Shown here: positions 1 through 8,844 of the stretch, piece by piece
Layout of the letters: every line of letters starts with the position of its first letter
Numbering within the stretch: the stretch's first letter is position 1
NCBI GenBank assembly: GCA_041641295.1
Contig: JBEPYO010000001.1
Coordinates: forward strand, 736,001 to 800,000
DNA length: 64,000 bases
Reading direction: 5' to 3'
Origin: Nitrososphaerota archaeon
GTDB lineage: Archaea > Thermoproteota > Nitrososphaeria_A > Caldarchaeales > Calditenuaceae
Program-made: the position numbers and the translations under genes
The notes under the pieces: generated by a model
Told to the model about the DNA's origin: nothing
What the model saw: the letters and a program-made list of their open reading frames with translations, nothing else
Databases searched by the model: none

Positions 1-495
1 GACGCACCTGTTACAGGGTAGGTAGTTGGGCGGCTTGTTCAAGCAGTGCTCAATGTCTATTACGTATGTTCCTGGCTCGGCCTGGTCGAAGGGGAGGTAG
101 ATGGCCTTCCTCGCACCCATCCCTACGTCAAACTCGTTCTTCAGTATGACTGGGCAGGCGGGTACGCAGTCGCCGCACCTCGTACACTCGTCGGTGACAA
201 AGCGGGGCTTCTGGACAACTTTTACATGGAAGTTCCCAGCCTCGCCTCTTACCTCGACAACCTCGGCCAAGGTTAGGACCTTAATGTTCTTGTTCTGCAT
301 CACCTCGCTCAGCTTGGGCGCTTCAATGCAGATCGAGCAGTCCATGGTGGGGAAGTTCTTGTCTAGAGCCGCCATCCTACCCCCTATCACGGGGCTTTTC
401 TCAACGAGGTAGACCTTGGCACCCGCCTTGGCTAGGTCGAGGGATGCCTGAACCCCCGCAATCCCACCACCTATAACCAGTACAGCGTCCGCCAA
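1..495 (-). CDS. hdrA: Heterodisulfide reductase subunit A-like flavoprotein (5' part; runs off the window edge)
   Basis: Missing from the ORF track. Manual translation from TTG at 495 gives LADAVLVIGGGIAGVQASLDLA (FAD GxGxxG), EKSPVIGGRMAALDKNFPTMDCSIC (HdrA signature) and a CTRCGDCVPACP ferredoxin motif; the frame is open to base 1. Confidence 0.9.
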   Translation of the reverse strand, partial: MADAVLVIGGGIAGVQASLDLAKAGAKVYLVEKSPVIGGRMAALDKNFPTMDCSICIEAPKLSEVMQNKNIKVLTLAEVVEVRGEAGNFHVKVVQKPRFVTDECTRCGDCVPACPVILKNEFDVGMGARKAIYLPFDQAEPGTYVIDIEHCLNKPPNYLPCNRCV

Positions 496-500
496 CCCCC

Positions 501-1058
501 TCACCTCCTCCCAGAAACACCTATACTGGCCAGCAGCTCGGATGCTATGCTGTAGCCCTGCCGGACTGCCTTGCGGTTAAGGTCAGCCGCCTTTGGGAAC
601 CTATCGGCCAGCGCCTTTTCCACCGACTCCAAGGACGGCGTGCCCAGGACAGCAACTATGGCACCAAGTATCACGATATTTGCGACTATCTTTCTTCCTA
701 GACTCTCTGCCACCTCAATGGCTGGCACCGGCAAGACCTTGTGGTCCTGCGAATCGTGTTTAACGAGTTCTTTCACGGTTACTATTACTCCGCCGCGCTT
801 AACGTGTCTGAGGTTTTGTACGAAGCCCTCGTCATACATTGTGGCTAGCACGTCTAGCTTGGTTATGAGAGGGTAGTCTATGGTCTCGTCCGATATTATT
901 ACGTCGGCTCTAGACCAGCCCCCTGTTATGTATGGGCTGTAGCCCTCAGTCACCACTGCCTCCTTGCCGTCGTATATTGCCGCGGCCCTCCCAAGTATGT
1001 GGCCAGCCGTTATGGCCCCTTGACCTCCCAACCCGGTTATCCTGACCTCGTATCTCAA
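501..1058 (-). CDS. korC: 2-oxoacid:ferredoxin oxidoreductase gamma subunit
   Basis: EVRITGLGGQG N-terminal motif and NIVILGA; in an operon with the alpha/beta/delta subunits. Substrate not determinable. Confidence 0.88.
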   Translation of the reverse strand: MRYEVRITGLGGQGAITAGHILGRAAAIYDGKEAVVTEGYSPYITGGWSRADVIISDETIDYPLITKLDVLATMYDEGFVQNLRHVKRGGVIVTVKELVKHDSQDHKVLPVPAIEVAESLGRKIVANIVILGAIVAVLGTPSLESVEKALADRFPKAADLNRKAVRQGYSIASELLASIGVSGRR

Positions 1059-1909
1059 ATGCCCTCCCCCCTCCCAGAGGCCCTCCTGATGGTCTCCTGG
1101 ATAAGCTCCTGGTAACTCGGTCTCCTCCTATCCACGAAGTTTCCAACAACCAGCGGCTCGCCCTGAAGACGTATGTCTATCTTACTTAGATCGGCATTAT
1201 GGTCTACCACCGAATGTTTTCTGAAATACTCCATCATGTCGAGTGCCTCGGGGAAGTTGTTGAACTCGCCGAAGGTGGGCGGACAGGGAGATATGACCTC
1301 AATAAATGCGAATCCCTCCACACTCATCATACGCTTTATCGCGTTGATCAGCTGCCGCACGTGCAGGGTTGTCCACCTAGCAACGAAGGAGGCGCCAGCA
1401 GCGGCCACTAGGTAAGGTATGTTGAATGGGTTTTCAAAGTTGCCGTAGGGCGAAGTGTATGTCTTTGCCCCGAGTGGAGTAGTTCCACCGTGCTGGCCGC
1501 CCGTCATACCATAGTTGAAGTTGTTGACCATTATCACGTTGATGTCAACGTTCCTCCTAGCAGCGTGTATCAGATGATTCCCGCCTATGGTGCAGATGTC
1601 TCCGTCGCCTGAGATGACTGTGACCTCCAAGTCGGGCCTCACGAGAGATAGGCCTGTGGCAAATGCTATGGCACGACCATGAGTCGTATGGAACGAGTCG
1701 AGATGCATGTAGCCTGAAACCCTCCCAGTACAGCCTATACCTGAAATGCAGACATGCTTCTCAGGAGGAATACCCGATGCCTCGATGGCGTCCGCGTAGG
1801 CGGCCATGACTATGCCGATGCCGCATCCCGGGCACCAGATGTGTGGAAGCCTCTCACTCCGCAGCAGCCTGTCTCTAGGATGGCGTTGAGCCTTAACCAC
1901 TTGGGTCAC
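1055..1909 (-). CDS. korB: 2-oxoacid:ferredoxin oxidoreductase beta subunit (TPP-binding)
   Basis: WCPGCG, SGIGC, HGRA, GDGD...NN TPP motif, YGMTGGQ, EVISPCP. Confidence 0.93.
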   Translation of the reverse strand: MTQVVKAQRHPRDRLLRSERLPHIWCPGCGIGIVMAAYADAIEASGIPPEKHVCISGIGCTGRVSGYMHLDSFHTTHGRAIAFATGLSLVRPDLEVTVISGDGDICTIGGNHLIHAARRNVDINVIMVNNFNYGMTGGQHGGTTPLGAKTYTSPYGNFENPFNIPYLVAAAGASFVARWTTLHVRQLINAIKRMMSVEGFAFIEVISPCPPTFGEFNNFPEALDMMEYFRKHSVVDHNADLSKIDIRLQGEPLVVGNFVDRRRPSYQELIQETIRRASGRGEGI

Positions 1910-3051
1910 GCAGCAGCCACCTCCACCGCATCCACGATGACATTAGGCTCTATCAGGCTGCCCGGCGCCCAGTTAACCTCTATGACAGGGCATTTAGCAT
2001 GCTCTCTGACAGGATGGACGAGCTGGCCGAAGTTTATCTCAGGGACCACGAGGACGTTGACGCGCTGGCTCAGCCTCTCAATCACGTCGCTTGGGAAGGG
2101 CCATATAGTGATGAGCTGTAGCAGCCCGGCCTTAATCCCACGTGAGCGAGCCTGCTTAACGGCATTCAAGGCCGACCTAGCAGTAGACCCATAAGCAACC
2201 ACAACAACCTCAGCATCATCCGTCATGAACTCCTTATACATCCAGAGCTCACGGGCGTGATTCCTAATCTTGCCGAGAAGATACCTCAGCATTCTATCAG
2301 AAACCTCTTGAGAGGTAGTCGGATAGCCTCTCTCATCATGAGTGAGGCTGTCAATGTTTACACGGCAGCCCGTCCCCACTATGGGCATTGGATTCACGTC
2401 AGCGGAGTAATCGAATGGCAGCCTAGTGGAGAGGAGGCGCGGATCCATAACCTTTCTCTCCACTATCTCGATCTCTTCGGCCGGGGGGATGACCACTTTC
2501 TCCCACATCAGGCCTACCAGCTGGTCGGCTAGGACTATGACTGGTGTGCGAAGCCTTTCCGCCGTATTGAAGGCACGAATGGTTAGGTCGAAGAACTCTT
2601 GGACGCTGCTGGGAGCGTAGACAACCGTCTCTAGGTCTCCGTGAGAGCCCCACCTAGCCTGCATCACATCGCCCTGTCCTATCAGTGTTGGTATTCCTGT
2701 GCTGGGCCCTGCCCTCTGAACGTTAACAATGACTATCGGCGCTTCCATTATGAATGCTAACCCTATGTTCTCCATCATCAGGCTGAAGCCTGGGCCGGAT
2801 GTTGCGGTCATGGCTTTGGCTCCGGCATAAGACGCGCCTATAAGGGCGGCCACACTCGCCATCTCATCCTCCATCTCCACAGCTATCCCGCCGACCTGCG
2901 GAAACCTTACACAAGCCCTCTCGAAAATCTCGCTGGACGGGGTGATTGGGTATCCGGCGAAGAACCTACACCCAGCTAGTATGGCGGCCTCGACACACGC
3001 GAAGTTTCCCATCATGAAGTGAACACCGGGTCTCGGCAAGCCGCTACTCAT
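1906..3051 (-). CDS. korA: 2-oxoacid:ferredoxin oxidoreductase alpha subunit
   Basis: GYPITPSSE, EDE, TATSGPGFSLMME, QRAGPSTGIPT motifs. Confidence 0.93.
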   Translation of the reverse strand: MSSGLPRPGVHFMMGNFACVEAAILAGCRFFAGYPITPSSEIFERACVRFPQVGGIAVEMEDEMASVAALIGASYAGAKAMTATSGPGFSLMMENIGLAFIMEAPIVIVNVQRAGPSTGIPTLIGQGDVMQARWGSHGDLETVVYAPSSVQEFFDLTIRAFNTAERLRTPVIVLADQLVGLMWEKVVIPPAEEIEIVERKVMDPRLLSTRLPFDYSADVNPMPIVGTGCRVNIDSLTHDERGYPTTSQEVSDRMLRYLLGKIRNHARELWMYKEFMTDDAEVVVVAYGSTARSALNAVKQARSRGIKAGLLQLITIWPFPSDVIERLSQRVNVLVVPEINFGQLVHPVREHAKCPVIEVNWAPGSLIEPNVIVDAVEVAAA

Positions 3052-3055
3052 ACAG

Positions 3056-3334
3056 CTAGCTCACCTCCACCGTGTAGATGGCTAGCTCAGGGCAAATCAG
3101 ACTACACATCTTGCAATTGATGCAGTCGTTTTCCTTCCCTGGCTTAACTCTGGGATACCTGTAACCGTTTGGATTGAACTGGTCAGACCGCTCGAGGACA
3201 TCCATGGGACAGAAGCTCCAACAAAATCCGCACTCCTTACACCTCTCAGGTATAATGTAGACCTGCCCCAACGGTCTACGAAACAAGGCTAGGTTAATCG
3301 GCTCACGTAATATTTTCAAGGCTAGAGCCCCCAA
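3056..3334 (-). CDS. korD: 2x[4Fe-4S] ferredoxin, oxidoreductase delta subunit
   Basis: Two CxxCxxCxxxCP motifs (CKECGFCWSFCP, CINCKMCSLICP); first gene of the operon. Confidence 0.88.
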   Translation of the reverse strand: MGALALKILREPINLALFRRPLGQVYIIPERCKECGFCWSFCPMDVLERSDQFNPNGYRYPRVKPGKENDCINCKMCSLICPELAIYTVEVS

Positions 3335-3393
3335 GGCTCAGTAAATCGCTGTGAGTCCGCATAATTATACACTAACAAATATTCTACCTAATC

Positions 3394-3443
3394 CAATATA
3401 TAGCATATTAAATTCAAATGAGACTTCATTAAACAATATATAG
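3394..3443. promoter_or_regulatory. Divergent promoter region with a 10-bp direct repeat CAATATATAG (3394-3403, 3434-3443)
   Basis: AT-rich gap between divergent genes. The second copy lies about 25 nt before GTG 3466, as expected for a TATA box of a leaderless transcript. Confidence 0.45.
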
Positions 3444-3465
3444 GTCTTCGGGGGAGATAACTATT

Positions 3466-4533
3466 GTGGGGGGCAAAGCCCAGGCCAACCAGCTGATGAC
3501 ACTTCTAGCCTCATATCCCCCACTAACATGGAGCGAGGATCGATTCATCCACTCACCTCTCTACAGGATTGAAGAGTTCGATGAAAAACTCCTTCTCTTC
3601 CCAAGCCACTCAGACGCGGAGATCATTCTGGAGAATCTTATCCGCCTCCTCGGACTCCAAAAACAAAGAACCTCCCCAACAGCCTATCTAATCCAGAAGA
3701 ACGAGGTCTTTAAAACCCTGAGAAATTTCCTATGGATAGTTAGGAGGAGCTGGAGAGACGAGACAGTCCGGGTCATCTGGTCCACATTATATGTGGCTCA
3801 CGCCAAGGGGTGGGGTAATATCCCGCTCCACATGATTGCGGATGTGAGCGGCCTCGACCAGGCAAAATGCCGAGAGATTCTGGCGAAAATCTTTGAGGAT
3901 GGGGGGCTGGTTGACGGCGAAAAAGTAAGGGCTGGACCCAAGCATTTCGCAGAGGCTTTAGAACTCATGCTTCAACAGATTCCCACTTGGAGCGAGGAAC
4001 TGGTCATGTCCTTCCTCTGCACAGAGATATACGCGTCGGTGGAGGACATATACGTGAAGGTGCGGCCTTATGGGCTGAGCATTGCGGCAGTTTACAAAAT
4101 AGTGCAAAAGCTTAAAAAAGCCAACCATATAGCCCGGGTGAGATATAGCCGGAGAAGACCACAGGGGCCCATGAGAGAGGTGTTCTCACCAAACTGCCGC
4201 AACTGCTTCTACGGATACAGCAGCGAGGAGAAATGTCTACAACACCTCCTCTCCGAGATGGAGACCTATTTCAAGGAAAACTATGGGAAAACCTTTAGCG
4301 TAGAAGAGAAGATGGCACTATACAAATCGCTTAGGCTGACGCCATTCGGGCCGCGAGTTTTACGAAAGCTACTCACTACGCTCAAGCATGTTAGAAATGT
4401 GGAGCAGTCCGTCAAGGATGAGAGGCTGGCCGGTCTTTTGAGAAAGCTGGAGGAGCTATGCGGTATAAAACTAATCCTACCATCCTTTGAATTCAGGACC
4501 CTAAACAATATTGGACAAAATCCACCAATCTGA
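3466..4533 (+). CDS. Hypothetical multi-HTH protein with a Cys cluster; putative transcriptional regulator
   Basis: 355 aa. HTH-like segments (LHMIADVSGLDQAKCREIL; SVEDIY...LSIAAVYKIVQKLKKANHI) followed by CRNCFYG...KC. Confidence 0.5.
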   Translation: MGGKAQANQLMTLLASYPPLTWSEDRFIHSPLYRIEEFDEKLLLFPSHSDAEIILENLIRLLGLQKQRTSPTAYLIQKNEVFKTLRNFLWIVRRSWRDETVRVIWSTLYVAHAKGWGNIPLHMIADVSGLDQAKCREILAKIFEDGGLVDGEKVRAGPKHFAEALELMLQQIPTWSEELVMSFLCTEIYASVEDIYVKVRPYGLSIAAVYKIVQKLKKANHIARVRYSRRRPQGPMREVFSPNCRNCFYGYSSEEKCLQHLLSEMETYFKENYGKTFSVEEKMALYKSLRLTPFGPRVLRKLLTTLKHVRNVEQSVKDERLAGLLRKLEELCGIKLILPSFEFRTLNNIGQNPPI

Positions 4534-4566
4534 TAATATTATAGAGCCACGGATCGTTTAACATAT

Positions 4567-4887
4567 GTGAATAAAAGGGAGTTTCAGTGCCGTGACTGTA
4601 TACACTTCCTCCCCTACCCCCTCATCGAGGGTATTGGGACATGCTCAAACCCAGCCAGCTTAAACTATGACCGAGTGAGGTTTGGTGATGAAGAGCCCTG
4701 CGAGTTCTTCGGATTAGCAGTGCTCAGTGTCTCAGGCCTCGAAGGAGTGGAGTTCTACTGGTGCCACACATGCAGAAAACACTTGTACAGAGATGAACTC
4801 GAGTACCATGTGGGTCATAGGGTTTACACTGGAGCGGCTAAGACAGATGCTGAGTTTAACGCAGAGAGCACTATGGCCGCAGACTGA
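4567..4887 (+). CDS. Small Cys/His-rich metal-binding protein
   Basis: CRDCIHF...GTC...PCEFF and CHTCRKH...HVGH motifs in 106 aa. Confidence 0.6.
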   Translation: MNKREFQCRDCIHFLPYPLIEGIGTCSNPASLNYDRVRFGDEEPCEFFGLAVLSVSGLEGVEFYWCHTCRKHLYRDELEYHVGHRVYTGAAKTDAEFNAESTMAAD

Positions 4888-5083
4888 TTAGAGAGTAGTC
4901 TAGCAGACCAAAACACCACACTAGGCCAAACCACTAGCAACAGCCACATATCCCTGACCAAACATTCTCAACGCCACACAGTTGTTTAACCGTAAACTTC
5001 TGGTGTAAGTCGCTGTGTTTTGCCCCAACGCCCCCTGTATTGTGTTAAAAAATTTATAGAGAGTAGACCATGTTTTATAGGCC

Positions 5084-7054
5084 TTGCTTCTCTGGGAGCC
5101 TACAACAGAAGTGATAGAGAAGGCCAACATGACCCGGTTCATAGAATACGTCGATGACAAGGAGGGGCTTGGAATAGATCCGTTTGAAAGACGCGCGTAT
5201 TTTAAGCTGTATGAGTGGTCCATTGCAAATATACCTGAGTTCTGGGATGTGGTCTGGAGCTTTGTCGGGGTCAAGGCCTCTAAGCCGTACCAGCAGGTTG
5301 TTGATGATTTGGGTAGGTTCCCCGGAGCTTCATGGTTTATAGGTGCGAGGCTCAACTTCGCCGAAAACCTTCTCAGGGTAAGGGATGGGAAAACAGCCAT
5401 CATAGCTGTTAGGGAGGACGGGTTCTCAAGGAGGGTGTCCTACCTCGATTTATATCGTGAGGTTGTGGGGCTGGCTAAGGGTTTGCAGGAGGTGGGGGTT
5501 GGAGAGGGTGACAGAGTCTGCGGATATATTCCCAACACAGTTGAGGCTTGCGTAGGCATGCTTGCTACAGCCGCGCTTGGAGGAACATGGTCTTCCACAG
5601 GAACAGAAATAGGGGCTGAAGCTGTGGTCGACAGATTTGAACAGGTATCTCCCAAAGTACTCATCACAATCGATGGATACTTCTACAAGGGTAAGAGATA
5701 CAATATCTTAGAGAGGGTTAAGAAGATTGTTGACAATATACCTTCTATAGAGCGCGTGATTGTTGTCCCATACTTAGAGGAGAACCCCAAGATTGATGTA
5801 CTAAAGAATACTGTTCTTTATAGCGACTTCGTCGAGCCCGGCGATGGCTTCTCGTTCAAGCAGGTCTCATCCTCGACGCCCATATACATAATGTTCACCT
5901 CGGGGACCACGGGTAAGCCAAAATGCCTAGTCCAGTCTGTCGCAGGTATACTTGCTAACCACTTGAAGGAGCTTATCATACACACAGACCTAAAGCCGAC
6001 GGACACGATAACGTACATAACCTCCACCAGCTGGATGATGTGGAATTGGCTGATGACTTCTCTAGCCACAGGCGCTACACTGCTACTTTACGACGGCGAC
6101 CCAAACTATCCTGACTGGAGAAGGATGTGGAGCCTGATAGATGAGTATGGCGTCTCAATCTTCGGGTGCAGTGCAAGCTACATCAACTATCTCAGGGGTG
6201 TAAATGCCTCACCAAAGGGGAGCTTCGACCTTGCAACTCTGCGGGAGATATCGCAGACCGGCTCCCCCCTGTCTGCCGACGGATTTAAGTGGGTATATGA
6301 CGAGGTTAAGAGGGATCACCACTTCAACTCTATATCAGGCGGCACTGATATCAACGGCTGCTTTGCCATAGGTAGTCCGACGTTACCAGTCTATGCGGGG
6401 CAACTCCAATCACCAGCTTTGGGCATGAAGATAAAGTGTTACGATGAACACGGTAACCCGGTCTACGACAGAGAAGGAGAACTAGTGTGCGAGGCTCCAG
6501 CACCATCTATGCCACTTTACTTCCTCAACGATCCGAACAACGAGAAATATCTCGACGCATACTTCAGGTTCTATACTCACAAGAGGGTGTGGAGGCATGG
6601 AGACTACGTAATATTCCACAGCGACACAGGTGGAATTACCTTCCTAGGCAGGTCTGACGCTGTGATTAAGCGGTCTGGAGTTAGGATTGGGACTGCCGAG
6701 ATATATAGCGTAGTTGAGAAATTTAAAGAGATAGCTGATAGCATAGCGGTTGGGCAGAACTGGAAGGGTGACCAAAGAATAATACTTTTCGTGAAAATGG
6801 CGGCGGGATATTCTTTAACCGATGAGTTGAAGGATAGGATTAAAAAAGAGCTGAGGGAGAAGGTCTCACCCCGACATGTACCCGACATTATTTTGGAGGC
6901 GCCTGACATACCATATACATTTAACATGAAGAAGGTGGAGATAGCGGTTTCAAACATAATAAACGGTAGAAAAGTTATTAACAGGGACTCGCTAATCAAC
7001 CCTGAATCACTTGACTACTTCGAAAAAATCTTACCGCTGCTACAGGGTGATTAA
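5084..7054 (+). CDS. Acetoacetate--CoA ligase (acetoacetyl-CoA synthetase)
   Basis: WF.GARLNFAENLL, YIMFTSGTTGKPKC (AMP-binding), WMMWNWL, SISGGTDI, WRHGD, GRSD...GVRIGTAEIY, KKVE. Confidence 0.9.
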   Translation: MLLWEPTTEVIEKANMTRFIEYVDDKEGLGIDPFERRAYFKLYEWSIANIPEFWDVVWSFVGVKASKPYQQVVDDLGRFPGASWFIGARLNFAENLLRVRDGKTAIIAVREDGFSRRVSYLDLYREVVGLAKGLQEVGVGEGDRVCGYIPNTVEACVGMLATAALGGTWSSTGTEIGAEAVVDRFEQVSPKVLITIDGYFYKGKRYNILERVKKIVDNIPSIERVIVVPYLEENPKIDVLKNTVLYSDFVEPGDGFSFKQVSSSTPIYIMFTSGTTGKPKCLVQSVAGILANHLKELIIHTDLKPTDTITYITSTSWMMWNWLMTSLATGATLLLYDGDPNYPDWRRMWSLIDEYGVSIFGCSASYINYLRGVNASPKGSFDLATLREISQTGSPLSADGFKWVYDEVKRDHHFNSISGGTDINGCFAIGSPTLPVYAGQLQSPALGMKIKCYDEHGNPVYDREGELVCEAPAPSMPLYFLNDPNNEKYLDAYFRFYTHKRVWRHGDYVIFHSDTGGITFLGRSDAVIKRSGVRIGTAEIYSVVEKFKEIADSIAVGQNWKGDQRIILFVKMAAGYSLTDELKDRIKKELREKVSPRHVPDIILEAPDIPYTFNMKKVEIAVSNIINGRKVINRDSLINPESLDYFEKILPLLQGD

Positions 7055-7608
7055 TGCCTGTGTCTATTTTTGAGGAGTTGTTCCTAGATATGAGTCTGAG
7101 AAGACTGATTCATGATCCTTACAAACTGTTAAAAGCCATGAGGCTGGAGGCAGGACACATTCTATTGGACATAGGTTGTGGGACGGGTTATCTCTCCATT
7201 CCCGCCGCATCTATAGTGGGTGATAGGGGGATTATTTACGCGGTGGACATCTCAGACAAATACCTGTGGAAACTAGAGCTAAGGGCCGCTAAACTCGGTG
7301 TAAAAAACATACTGACGGTCAGGACTAGGGCTGAAGAGTTGGATGGAATCCCCGACAATTCCGTTGACAGGGCTGTCTTCATGCTGAGCCTCCACCACAT
7401 AGAGGGAAAGGAACAGGCACTGAGTCAGGTTAGACGTAAGCTTAAACAAAACGGCCTACTGATGGTTTATGAGCCGATAGCCTCAAGAATGCTTGGACAC
7501 GGCACAGAACCGTCAGAGATCATACCTCTTCTAAGGCAGAAAGGGTTTGAGCCGAAGCTGTTGGAGAAAGGGCGTCTATTCTGGACCGCTCTGCTTGCTC
7601 CCGTCTAG
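7054..7608 (+). CDS. Class I SAM-dependent methyltransferase
   Basis: LLDIGCGTG motif I, AVDIS, LHH; start overlaps the upstream stop. Confidence 0.85.
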   Translation: MPVSIFEELFLDMSLRRLIHDPYKLLKAMRLEAGHILLDIGCGTGYLSIPAASIVGDRGIIYAVDISDKYLWKLELRAAKLGVKNILTVRTRAEELDGIPDNSVDRAVFMLSLHHIEGKEQALSQVRRKLKQNGLLMVYEPIASRMLGHGTEPSEIIPLLRQKGFEPKLLEKGRLFWTALLAPV

Positions 7609-7695
7609 ACTGCCATGTACTTCATCCTCAAAATGAATTTGCTAATGGCGATGTTGTTTTAAAATGTTTAATTATCTCTGAGCATTTCTAGTCTT

Positions 7696-8835
7696 ATGCT
7701 CTCCGAAGAGGAGGCATTAATTCTTAAAACAGCTGAAAAAATAGGCGCGATGGTTGGTCGGGATTATTGGTTGCGTTGTGCCCGTGAGAAGAAAAGCCCT
7801 GACTTGTTGTGGGGGGAGCTTTTAAAGACAAACCTAACAAGCGCTGGTGTTGAGAGAGTTTCGGGCACAGGTCTCTTGGAGGCCGTCCTTGTCCAAGAGG
7901 GCCTAGCGAGGGCCGGGCTGCCCCTTCTCCAATTCTTGACGACGCATCTCTCCAGGACAGTAATCGCTAAGTATGGGACTGAGGAGCAGTTCGAAAGGTT
8001 TGTTAGACCTACATGTGAGCAGGGAAAAAAGATAAGTTTTTGCATCACTGAGGCCGAGGCCGGCTCCAATACTTGGCGGATACGAACCTTTGCGAAGAAG
8101 AGGAATGGCGGCTACATCTTGAACGGGCAGAAAATATTCATTACAGGTGCACGCGAGTCAGACTACCTGCTGATAGTGGCGAGGACGAAAAGATACGAGG
8201 AGGTTGAGGATAAGAGGGATGGGATATCGCTGTTTGTTGTGGAGACACATACTAGTGGAATATCGTTCGAGGCGCTTAACATTGAGCTATATTCACCGGA
8301 GACTCAGTATATTGTTTACTTTGATGGTGTTGAGCTGGGGGATGAGAATTTGGTAGGAGAGGCGGATAAGGGGGTCAATTATCTCTTCGACTGTCTGAAT
8401 GTGGAGAGGATTTTGATAGCTGCCTGCAGTATTGGTTTGGGTGAGCATGTTCTTAAGAGGGCTGTCGAATATGCTAAGCAGAGGATTGTATTCGATAAGC
8501 CTATAGGGTCTTATCAGGGTCTCCAGTTTAGGATGGCGCGTGCCAAAGCGCATTTAGAGGCTGCGAGAGCGCTGAACTATCATGCGGCTAGACTCTATGA
8601 CAGTGGTGGAAGAGTGGGAGCTGAGGCGAACATGGCTAAGCTTGTTGCTTCTGAGGCAGGTCTGGAGGCCTTTGAGATTGCGATGCAGACCTTCGGAGGC
8701 AACGCCTACGACTTAGACACAGACATAATAACATTCTACCCAGTCATAAGACTCTTCATAACCGCACCGGTGACCAACGAGCTTGTGCTCAGCTACATCG
8801 GCCGGCATGTTTTGGGTCTGCCAAAATCCTATTAG
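7696..8835 (+). CDS. Acyl-CoA dehydrogenase
   Basis: FCITEAEAGSN, LNGQKIFITG, LNVERI, RIVFDKPIGSYQG, QTFGGNAY. Confidence 0.92.
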   Translation: MLSEEEALILKTAEKIGAMVGRDYWLRCAREKKSPDLLWGELLKTNLTSAGVERVSGTGLLEAVLVQEGLARAGLPLLQFLTTHLSRTVIAKYGTEEQFERFVRPTCEQGKKISFCITEAEAGSNTWRIRTFAKKRNGGYILNGQKIFITGARESDYLLIVARTKRYEEVEDKRDGISLFVVETHTSGISFEALNIELYSPETQYIVYFDGVELGDENLVGEADKGVNYLFDCLNVERILIAACSIGLGEHVLKRAVEYAKQRIVFDKPIGSYQGLQFRMARAKAHLEAARALNYHAARLYDSGGRVGAEANMAKLVASEAGLEAFEIAMQTFGGNAYDLDTDIITFYPVIRLFITAPVTNELVLSYIGRHVLGLPKSY

Positions 8836-8844
8836 GGGTGTAAT

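Noticed and set aside
46-2653. Short + strand ORFs over the hdrA/kor genes, and similar shadow ORFs throughout the track
   Set aside because: They are antisense or off-frame to well-supported genes and have no motifs.
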